Shown: positions 29,901 through 39,212 of the stretch, one piece after another
Layout of the letters: each line of letters starts with the position of its first letter
How positions within the stretch are numbered: the first letter of the stretch is position 1
Assembly (NCBI RefSeq): GCF_902652985.1
Contig: NC_047016.1
Location: 20,212,001 to 20,276,000 of the forward strand
Direction: 5' to 3'
Length of the DNA: 64,000 nt
Source of the DNA: Pecten maximus
Lineage: Eukaryota
Position numbers and translations under genes: made by a program
The notes under the pieces: generated by a model
What the model was told of the DNA's origin: nothing
The model's input: the letters and a program-made list of their open reading frames with translations, nothing else
The model's database searches: none

Positions 29901-32900
29901 GTATTGCTAAAGCAATACATGTCCCCTACTGGTCCTCACAAGCTTTTACACTCTAGTGATTTGTAATGATGATACACTTTTAGTGTTAATTTGGGAAAAG
30001 TATATATAATTAGCTTATAATTGATATAACAATACAAGGAACTGTAATGTCTAAAAGTATTTTGACATAGGAATTATATAAAATAAAACTGGGATTTACA
30101 AAAATAAAAGTAACTGTGACCTTGACTTGACGACCCTTAAACTTCAACTCATTCAAGTTTTACAGAATCTTTCATTATGCGGTTGAGACAGGGAATTTCA
30201 ACCGCAAGGGGAAGATTCTAAAAAGTTGCCATACACGAAGCTTGCCAAGTGTTTGGCAGCATAAGTATCTTTCACCATGGATTGAAATCCATTAGGGTTA
30301 ATGATTATTTTTCTCTTGCCCAGCTGTTTACTCTCTTGTGTATCTAATATGGACAATAAATCAATGTGAAATGTTGCTCTATGATTTTCTGAAAACAGTA
30401 ATGATGACCTTGATAAAGTATTCCTCAAAATCTGTAGTTATTGTGTGAAGTTAATAAAAATCTTACAGTGAATATGAAGCTGGTAGAATGCTGACATTGA
30501 ATATTCTAAAAACAGTAATAGTGACTTTGACCACCAATCCTGAAACTGAAACTTGTCCAAGATATTATGATCCTTTATAATTGTGTGACTTTGATCAAAG
30601 TTCCTCAAGGAATGAAACCGCTGGAGCATTGATGAACTTTGGTGTTACAGTATATATACATACAAGATGGACGAAACCTAGCTCTCTTAGTATTACATAA
30701 CAAAGAAATGCTTATGTATCGTTAGCCCTAAACAGTTCTAACCCTCCCCCATTATTACCTCTGGCGCCATCTCTCCCCTGTTGACAAGATCACCGATCAT
30801 CTCCCACTTGTCCTCGGCTGATCCCTTGTCAGCAATCTGTGACCTCAGTAAGTCACCCATGGACAGATGTACCCATCCTGGGTAGGACTTCTGTAACAAC
30901 TTCACCTGAGTCAGCTTTCCACTACCAGGACCACCTGTTATTACAAATGGCTGAATGTCAAACAGTTATACAATTATTCTATTTAGAGCATCCCAACAAG
31001 GAGGCAAGCATGAAGCTAAAATCATCAAGCCAAGGGGAATTAACAGATAGGGTCTGAATACAAGGGTAACAGATAGGGCTGGAAACCAGGGCTGGAAACC
31101 AGGGGTTACAGATAGGGCTGGAAACCAGGGGTAACAGATAGGGCCTTAAACCAAGGGTAACAGATAGGGTTTGAACCAAGGGTAACAGATAGGATTTGAA
31201 ACTAAGGGTAACAGATAGGGCTGGAAACCAGGGGTAACAGGAAGAATTTGAAACTAAGGGTTACAGATAGGGCTGGAAACCAGGGGTAACAGATAGGGCT
31301 GGAAACCAGGGGTGGAAACCAGGGGTTACAGATAGGGCTGGAAAGCAGGGGTAACAGATAGGGCCTTAAACCAAGGGTAACAGATAGGGTTTGAACCAAG
31401 GGTAACAGACAGGATTTGAAACTAAGGGTAACAGATAGGGCTGGAAACCAGGGCTGGAAACCAGGGGTAACAGATAGGGCTGGAAACCAGGGCTGGAAAC
31501 CAGGGGTAACAGATAGGGCTGGAAACCAGGGGTGGAAACCAGGGGTTACAGATAGGGCTGGAAACCAGGGGTAACAGATAGGGCCTTAAACCAAGGGTAA
31601 CATACAGGGTTTGAAACTAAGGGTAACAGATAGGGCTTGAAACTGATGGTAACAGATAGGGTTTGAACCAAGGGTAACAGACAGGGTTTGAAACCGATGG
31701 TAACAGATAGGGTTTGAACCAAGGGTAACAGACAGGGCTTGAAACCAAAGGTAACAGATAGGGTTTGAAACTAAGGGTAACAGATAGGGCTTGAAACCAA
31801 GGGTAACAGAAAGGGCTTGAAACCGATGGTAACAGATAGGGCTTGAAACCAAGGGTAACAGATAGGGCTTGAAACCAAGGGTAACAGACAGGGTTTGAAA
31901 CTAAGGGTAACAGATAGGGTTTGAAACCGATGGTAACAGAGAGGGCTGGAAACCAGGGGTAACAGATAGGGCTTGAAACCAAAGGCAACAGATGGGACAT
32001 CAAACCAAGCAAACAGATGGGACATCAAACCAAGGGCAAACAGATGGGACATCAAACCAGGGGTAACAGATGGGACATTAAACCAAGGGTAACAGATGGG
32101 ACATCATACCAAGGGTAACAGATGGGACATCATACCAAGGGTAACAGATGGGACATCATACCAAGGGTAACAGAGGGGACATCAAACCAAATGTAACAGG
32201 TAGGACATTAAACCAAGGTAACAGAGGGACATCATACCAAGGGTGATAGATGGGGGGTCAAACCAAAGGCAACTGATGGAACATCAAACCAAGGTTAACA
32301 GATGGGACATCAAACCAGAGGTGATAGATGGGACATCAAACCAAGGGTAACCGATGGGACATCAAACCAAGAGCAACAGATGGGACGTCAAACCAAGGGT
32401 AACATATAGGGCTTGAAACCAAGGGTAACAGATAGGGCTTGAAACCAAGGGTAACAGACAGGGTTTGAAACTAAGGGTAACAGATAGGGTTTGAAACCGA
32501 TGGTAACAGAGAGGGCTGGAAACCAGGGGTAACAGATAGGGCTTGAAACCAAAGGCAACAGATGGGACATCAAACCAAGCAAACAGATGGGACATCAAAC
32601 CAAGGGCAAACAGATGGGACATCAAACCAGGGGTAACAGATGGGACATTAAACCAAGGGTAACAGATGGGACATCAAACCAAGGGTAACAGATGGGACAT
32701 CATACCAAGGGTAACAGAGGGGACATCAAACCAAATGTAACAGGTAGGACATTAAACCAAGGTAACAGAGGGACATCATACCAGGGGTGATAGATGGGGG
32801 GTCAAACCAAAGGCAACTGATGGAACATCAAACCAAGGTTAACAGATGGGACATCAAACCAGAGGTGATAGATGGGACATCAAACCAAGGGTAACCGATG

Positions 32901-35900
32901 GGACATCAAACCAAGAGCAACAGATGGGACGTCAAACCAAGGGTAACATATAGGGCCTTAAACCAAGGGTAACAGATGGGACATCATACCAAGGGTAACA
33001 GATGGGACATCAAACCAAGGGTAACAGATGGGATATCATACCAAGGGTAACAGATGGGACATCATACCAGGGTAACAGATTGGATAACATACCAAGGGCA
33101 ACAGATAGGACATCAAACCAAGGTCAACTGATGGAACATCAAACCAAGGGTAACTGATGGAACATCAAACCAAGGGTAACAGAGGGCACATCATACCAAG
33201 GGCAACTGATGGAACATCAAACCAAGGGTTACTGATGGAACATCAAACCAAGCGTAACCGATGGGAAATCAAACCAAGGGTAACCGATGGGACATCAAAC
33301 CAAGGTCAACTGATGGAACATCAAACCAAGGGTAATAGATAGGGCTGGTAACCATGGGTAACAGATGGGACATCATACCAAGGGTAACAGATAGGACATC
33401 AAACCAGGGGTGATAGATTAGACATCAAACCAAGGGTAACCGATGGGACATCAAACCAAGGGCAACAGAAGGGGCGACAAACCAATGGCAACAGATGGGA
33501 CATCAAACCAAAGGCAACAGATGGGACATCATACCAAGGGTAACAGATGGGACACCAAACCAAGTGTAACACCTAATGGCAGAAACCTGGGACAATGAAT
33601 TCACTGTTTTCATACCCATCCCTGTTGAGAATGGAAATTTTTCACAGCACTCAGAGTCAGAGATTTCTCTACAAGTTCCAATCATTGTATCATAAAGGAT
33701 ATAAAAGTATCTATGTAATACTGTCCTACTATAAATAAATTACCAGTTATGAATTTATTATTATATGGAATTTATTTCACTTCAACAATGATAAAATTTG
33801 TTGTTCTACACATAGCGTGTTTTTTTCTGAACCATCATGTCTGGACTAACAGTTTATGGATTACCTACCCACAATGAGCGTGATTGGTACATCAGGCACG
33901 TCTGCATCAACACTCTTGGTGATCGGGGGTAAGGGTGACGCTTTCCTATCAGTAAGGTCCTTTTGGTCATTCACTGTTGACAGAAAAAATGATTGTACTT
34001 AATTTGTTATCTTCAAAACCACTGATAGAAAAATAGTAGCATTATGTCAGATTGAAAACGCCTAACACTCAACCGATCATTTACACTGTCATTTACACTG
34101 TCATATATATACACTGTCATTTACACTGTCATTTATACTGTCATTTACACTGTACATCATATACCCTATTATTTACTGTCTTTTACACTATTGAACAATT
34201 ATAATGATAACTGTAAGGACACATCAGGGCTCAAAGTGGCGCCTATTTTAGTGGCCATACCATGGCACTTTAAATTCACTATTGATGACCAGTTATTGAC
34301 CTATAAGGTGCATGACCACTAAAAAATTGTGAAAATATGCGATTTGGTAATCTTTCAAAGGTCGCTGTCAATTCTAAAATGACGTTCACAATTGAAAAAG
34401 TTACAGAGATTTTATACTGAACAAATGAATTAAAAGATTTTGTTTTTAAATGTAAGACAATTTGGTCGGGCGACTAACTTTTCCAATTGGCACCTAGATT
34501 TTATGACTTAGTTACCCCTTTATCAAATATCATTTTGATCATGCTAATTGTTATGTGTGTTATTCAGTAGCATGATTATATCTATTCATAGCAAAATATC
34601 TATTCCAAAAAGGTACAACACAATAATCACAGAAATATTCCAGTTGTAATCATCAGTTATTTGTGTGTGTATAAAAAGACTCAATATATAAATATAAAAT
34701 ATTGGTATCTTAATTTGTTACTGAAATACATTCTCATAATTACAAAGTGAGTAATTTGTTCACCAGATTTCAATTTGTAGAATTGTACCAATAAGTGATG
34801 TATTATTCCTGTGTATAAGACAGGTCGCCTGCCTTACTGCATGTAACTGTATAACAAAGGATCTCAGGTAAAAAAATCAATAATGTTATTGAAACGCTGG
34901 ATAATGCAGGAGTTGAGTAATCTAATGCTGAATACTACCATTATATAAACTAATCAGTTTACATCTGTATAACTATAAATTCTTCTTATCTATCATAATT
35001 TAACTGCTTTGTTGATACATAAGTGGTCTTTGTGAGAGAGCATGGTGAAATGGAGGTAATGATTAGAGTATTGTGTTTACAGGTTAAGTGTTACCTGGCC
35101 AGACACGCTACCTATATTGTGTATTACTATACACAACTTAAAGCTTTAACCAACCATAACAACCTATATATAGCTACCTCAGGTAAATCTCAAAGCAACA
35201 TCCAAACAAACACCGTGGTTTTTTCTCCTATTGATTTCAAAGTTCATCAATAATTTAAAGCTCCCGGTATTGGCTAATAATTATCATCCTTTATCTGGTC
35301 GTGAGTTGATAAATACAGGTATCTGAGAGTTTATCCAGAGTCAATATTACACTCATATGTATAAATGTCATAATTCTACTGTGATTGATGTGACAAGTAT
35401 TACCATTCAACATATGTTCTGACAAAATCAATTAGGTGTAATAAACTAGAAGGCATTTTAATATACCAAATTTGATATAAATGTTTATAGGTATACAAGT
35501 ATATGAGTGACTTTGAATGTTTGTCATACATCATTAATGATGCAATAAATATTTATATACATAATTATACATACATCAATATCTATCAAGGTTTAATGAT
35601 ATAGTACAGAAACATGTGTCTACTGCTGAACATATTCAAAAGCATTCAACCAAAGCCTGAATAGTGGGATGTTGAGATGTACTGTTCTATCACAATGTAT
35701 ATACCATCTGTAATTGGTATAGCAATAAGCTTCTTTAGTGAAATCTAAAAAGTATGTGACAATACTCTTAATTGTTTAATATCAGACTTCTTACAATGTT
35801 ATTGTGATGTGGTCTGAAATCCAGAAAATAAATTTGGTTAAAATTTTAATGGAGACATCATGTTCGGTAGAGAAATTTAAGGACAATGTCATGTTTTCTA

Positions 35901-38725
35901 CATGACTTGTAACTTTGAAATGTAAGAGTACTTTCTTTTAATTTTTACTATAATGCATTAATATTATGAAAATCAAACAATTTTTAATATTCAATTGACC
36001 AGAAATTTATGAGATTGTGCAAAAAACATAAAGGATATTCAGCAAATTTCTTTCTTTTGTTTCATTAGACCAATTTCTTTGATAAAAGCATTAATAATTA
36101 TCACTTTAATATATTTCAATAAACAACTTCAGCAAAATTATGAAGTGACTTTGAAAGTTCATTCTGGTAGATATCATTACTAATAGCTACTCAAGACAGA
36201 CTGATCTAAGCCCTCCAGAGAATTTTGTGTTTCAAAAAGAGTTATTTAACCCAAAATTAACCATTATGATCAACTGAATATACATGATGTCATTTATAAG
36301 CGCACATTATATATATATATATAGAGGATATCTAACAGTGTCCTCAGTAATACCAAATATATTTCACGAGTGGGGCTAATTTATATTTGGATATTTTTCA
36401 CGAGTGCGCAGCACGAGTGAAAAATATCAAAATATTAGCCACACGAGTGAAATATATTTGGTATTACTGAAGACACTGTTAGATATTCTGTTTATTACAT
36501 TTTTTATCAGCGAAAACCCTACCCCGTATGCTAACTAGGCCTACAGTGATAATTTGTAAACAAAAAAAGTAGTTTCCCCTGTCCAGGTGCTGACATATAT
36601 GTCGGGCTTTCTGATTGGTCAATTATTTTGGTATTTTCTAATCATTAATTTGATTGGTCAAATCAACAAAAGTGATATTTTTCACTAGTGAAAAATATCA
36701 CTTTTATAGAATGAATAATTTTTGATATTTCACTGGTAAAAATGTTATAAATATATATATGTTGCACTCTGTGCAAGAAAGGAAATCAATATCCAATTTT
36801 TGGTTAATATGANNNNNNNNNNNNNNNNNNNNNNNNNNNNNNNNNNNNNNNNNNNNNNNNNNNNNNNNNNNNNNNNNNNNNNNNNNNNNNNNNNNNNNNN
36901 NNNNNNNNNNNNNNNNNNNNNNNNNNNNNNNNNNNNNNNNNNNNNNNNNNNNNNNNNNNNNNNNNNNNNNNNNNNNNNNNNNNNNNNNNNNNNNNNNNNN
37001 NNCACGTATACTACCTGATCTAGCTAAAACAAACAGTAGTATACTTAATCAATTTTGTTATTTCCAGTACAATATTATGTTCAATATAAAACAACATAAT
37101 CTTTTGAAATTTAAAAATTAGTACATCTGACACATTATTTGAAAATTAAACGTAGATCATGATCTTTAAGCTCAATATCACACTTAACGTACTCTGTGCC
37201 TTGTTTTTCTTAGAAGATATATATAACAACTTTCATACTGACTAATTGTCTTTCTGAATAAATGACATTGAAACATTAATAATCCATCAATCACACTGAG
37301 TTTTTCACATTTTCATCTGATAGAAGCTTAATTTACTTATGTGGTTCGATCTTTATGCTAATATATCCATAAATATGCAGCAATGTCATTTACAATCTTA
37401 TCTATTTAAATACTCTTTAATAAAGAAACAATTTTAATGACTTAAGAATACAATGTACTCAAATCAACAATAATCTGACATTGATTAATTGAATTTTGGT
37501 CAAACAGTGTCCTAGATATTATAAATCTAGTACATCTGCAGTTGTGACACCACAAAATATTATACACGAGTGACTTGTTAAATAAGTACATTGGAACAGA
37601 CGTTTTGTGTATACGACACACAGGTCAGTGAGACAGTTACAAAGATGTAACACCACACAGGTAGATTTCCTCATCCAACTATACCTGTTCCATCATCCAA
37701 CCAAAAGTACTCTCGACCTGTTTATATGATTACATGAAATCTTTAAATTACTGTAATCATTTATATATAAAACATAATTTACAATTTGAAACAACTTCAG
37801 TATGGTAATGAGAAATAGTACTTGTTTTTAAAAAGCATACAATAGATGAACTTGAATGAAAAATACCTATTTTTGATGGATCCTTTTGTCTAGATGATGG
37901 CCTGGATCGCCTTGTCTTGCCTTGTGGAGGGGTGATAGGGGGCAGTGGTGTCTTAGTTCGCCGTATGTCCACAAAGGCACTCCAAGTGATGTTGTCGGAC
38001 CCCTTATCCTCTACCTTCTGTAGACAATCTATCAGGTATTTAATGTGGTTTGTCGGTCTATGGTACATCAAACCAGTCATCAAAGACTACAAATCAAAAA
38101 GTAAAAAGCATGATTTAATGAACTAGTCTGACAAATAGAAGTCATACAAAATGGGCCATGCCTTCAGTATAAATATATACTTATTCATAGAAAAATATCA
38201 TACTGATGGGTCGAGTGACAGAACAATTTTACTGAATATATAATGATGTTGAGAATATACAGTACAGAGAATGTATGCAGTCAAAAACGCCGGTTGTTAA
38301 TGCTGTGCTCCTTATATTGTCAATTTATAAGTCTTTTGATATCTTAGGATAAGTCATGCCGAAGGTGTTTATCATCATTGTTATACAACACCCAAAGGTC
38401 ACATTAGAGCTTTTATAAATGAGATTAAATCGTAATCTGCTCACAAGTGTAAAGCAGTATCATTTTGATAAACCAACAGCTATTTGTACAATTTTGCAGA
38501 ATATGTATTATTTTCATGGAAAGCGGAATACTAGAATCAAAGTTAAATGTTAATCTGAAGACAACTGTCACTAAATGATCGCCATGTCAAGCATGGACAT
38601 CTCGCTCCATGGAGTCAAAAGAAAACAACAATTTGTCAACAAAAAACGAGGTTTTGAAAACTCACCTCAAAAAGTCGAGGGATATTCCTTGCCGACAGAT
38701 ATGACTTCGCATCATCCGTAGTCAT
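8787..38725 (-). CDS. AK5: Adenylate kinase 5-like gene, 14 coding exons, ~629 aa: join(38666-38725, 37867-38086, 33869-33973, 30759-30934, 29691-29804, 29182-29373, 28269-28362, 24938-25141, 21468-21643, 21228-21341, 20804-20995, 20355-20444, 16471-16492, 8787-8917)
   Basis: Manual splicing gives GT-AG introns with compatible phases, 1890 nt in total. N-terminus MTTDDAKSYLSARNIPRLFESLMTGLMYHRP closely resembles vertebrate AK5 (MNTNDAKEYLARREIPQLFESLL). Two P-loops (GGPGSGK), two G[YF]PR motifs and two LID segments are present. Confidence 0.9.
11080..12750. repeat. 34-bp minisatellite (ACATATGAACCATTGGGCTACATGTGTCTCATTA) grading into a 32-bp variant (ACATATAAACCCTGGCTACAAGTGTCCCTTTA)
   Basis: Tandem copies; switch near 12130-12280. 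Confidence 0.96.
13245..15880. repeat. 61-bp G-rich minisatellite
   Basis: GAGGGAGTGTTCTGTTCCTGACTAGGGAGACACTCTGTAGTGGGTGGGGGAGACAGACCCT, ~40 copies. Confidence 0.97.
16471..16492 (-). CDS. AK5: AK5-like 22-nt micro-exon 13 (APSSEGA)
   Basis: tttgcag acceptor and G|gtaagt donor; bridges phase 0 (exon 12) to phase 1 (terminal exon). Confidence 0.65.
17485..18440. repeat. 38/41-bp minisatellite GTACCGTAATATACCTAACAGGTACACAACCCTCCAAT
   Basis: Tandem copies. Confidence 0.96.
19868..19968. repeat. 20-bp unit x5 (TAGTACTATGTTGATCTTTG)
   Basis: Perfect tandem copies. Confidence 0.95.
20355..20444 (-). CDS. AK5: AK5-like exon 12 (LYGDRDVQEVFFDITLVLDKAFFGDKAQQP)
   Basis: Matches vertebrate AK5 DADRDEDEVFYDI; tttcag / gtaagt. 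Confidence 0.9.
20804..20995 (-). CDS. AK5: AK5-like exon 11 (LID, RLVDRGKEKERIDDN)
   Basis: R-x-DDN LID motif; 192 nt. Confidence 0.93.
21228..21341 (-). CDS. AK5: AK5-like exon 10 (EVTVDLLK...IFLEGFPREKEQVEEFNKY)
   Basis: GFPR signature; 114 nt. Confidence 0.93.
21468..21643 (-). CDS. AK5: AK5-like exon 9 (AK domain 2 P-loop, GGPGSGKGTQ...GEMAPE)
   Basis: Canonical P-loop; 176 nt, same size as exon 4. Confidence 0.93.
21660..24096. repeat. T-depleted, noisy 27-bp repeat GAGACAACACCAGAGCGAAACACGCGC (T->G image of the adjacent array)
   Basis: Letter-for-letter T->G correspondence with the 24097-24890 unit. Confidence 0.9.
24097..24890. repeat. 27-bp G-free minisatellite TATACAACACCATATCTAAACACTCTC
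   Basis: Tandem copies with CATC/CACC and CACT/CATT variants. Confidence 0.97.
24938..25141 (-). CDS. AK5: AK5-like exon 8 (interdomain linker, ...RKPDLPTCPIIVIA)
   Basis: Open phase 1-1 exon, tttacag / gtaagg; ends with the pre-P-loop strand. Confidence 0.85.
25408..26172. mobile_element. Non-autonomous Helentron/HINE-like element
   Basis: Starts AAACAAG with palindrome AGGCCCATGGGCCT; sub-terminal inverted repeat GGTCACCTGA (25433-25442) / TCAGGTGACC (26160-26169); internal diverged repeats. Confidence 0.65.
28269..28362 (-). CDS. AK5: AK5-like exon 7 (INADRDIKEIAFELGQCF...)
   Basis: C-terminal AK helix motif (D/N)ADR; tttacag / gtaagt. Confidence 0.88.
29182..29373 (-). CDS. AK5: AK5-like exon 6 (LID region, RLLKRGQKEGRVHDN)
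   Basis: AK LID motif; 192 nt; aag acceptor, gtaatt donor. Confidence 0.9.
29691..29804 (-). CDS. AK5: AK5-like exon 5 (DITGDLILSSLKCHPKAEGFILEGYPRTVNQIKQFEKI)
   Basis: AK signature FILEGYPR; 114 nt. Confidence 0.93.
29888..30715. mobile_element. Second decayed HINE-like element
   Basis: AAACAA start with palindrome GTATTGCTAAAGCAATAC; internal diverged GTGACCTTGA-containing repeats; end approximate. Confidence 0.4.
30759..30934 (-). CDS. AK5: AK5-like exon 4 (AK domain 1 P-loop, GGPGSGKLTQ...GEMAPE)
   Basis: P-loop and the HLSMGDLLR motif; 176 nt; GT-AG boundaries. Confidence 0.93.
31035..33570. repeat. ~26-bp minisatellite AAACCAAGGGTAACAGATAGGGCTTG / ...GATGGGACATC, with a 570-bp higher-order duplication
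   Basis: Two unit subtypes; identical ORF translations offset by 570 bp (32055/32625, 32012/32582). Confidence 0.94.
33869..33973 (-). CDS. AK5: AK5-like exon 3 (linker, ...SPLPPITKSVDADVPDVPITLIV)
   Basis: caacag acceptor, G|gtaggt donor, phase 1-1; ends with the beta strand preceding the P-loop. Confidence 0.85.
36320..36750. mobile_element. MITE-like element with a long terminal hairpin, in (TA)n context
   Basis: ~170-bp near-perfect inverted repeat 36322-36490 centred on CACGAGTGCGCAGCACGAGTG; second palindrome GTGATATTTTTCACTAGTGAAAAATATCAC. Confidence 0.6.
36813..37002. other. Assembly gap (190 N) in AK5-like intron 2
   Basis: Run of N. Confidence 1.
37867..38086 (-). CDS. AK5: AK5-like exon 2 (SLMTGLMYHRPTNHIKYLIDCLQKV...KDPSKI)
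   Basis: ttgtag acceptor, G|gtattt donor; docking-domain motif P-x-x-H/P-I-x-YL. Confidence 0.88.
38666..38725 (-). CDS. AK5: AK5-like exon 1 (MTTDDAKSYLSARNIPRLFE)
   Basis: ATG at 38725-38723, donor GAG|gtgag, phase 0; start of the Dpy-30/RIIa-type dimerisation/docking motif. Confidence 0.9.
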
Positions 38726-39119
38726 CTTGCCACTACGGACACGAATGTACGAGTCCTTTTTTCGTGGTATCTTGTCAGTTGGTTTCTTCGATTTTATAAA
38801 ATTAGTAGTCGGAAATCACTTTCCAACGTAGACTCTCATGGGGCACCTGCACAGAACAGCCTGTATCCAAGGACAACAAAAATAGGCGGACTTATCTTCT
38901 TCCGGTTAACCGCAGATATCGAAATAAAGTGCAAGGATTATATAGATTATTTGAAATATTTAATATATTTACAAGACTAATCTCTCATGTCAAGATATGT
39001 TATTTCTATCATAGGTTGTAATCAAAGCGAAAATAACTTTCTTATGAATAAGAATTTTAAAAATATACACGACGACTAGAAGTTAATACGCGGAGGAATA
39101 TATATAAATATAATTCAAA
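38726..39119. promoter_or_regulatory. Compact bidirectional promoter and 5' UTRs between AK5-like and PIG-K
   Basis: 394 bp between divergent ATGs, locally CpG-enriched; ETS-like TTCCGG near 38900, RFX X-box-like GTATCCAAGGACAAC at 38863-38877, YY1-like CAAAATGGCAGC over the PIG-K ATG. Confidence 0.7.
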
Positions 39120-39212
39120 ATGGCAGCCCCCATACGTGTTCCGGGGTGCTGTCGGCATTTACAATTAACTGTCATTTTGACGCTGCTGGTTTTCTGTTCA
39201 TATTCTGAATCG
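39120..39212 (+). CDS. PIGK: PIG-K exon 1 (signal peptide)
   Basis: [31 protein letters not shown]|gtaag; hydrophobic core. Confidence 0.85.
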
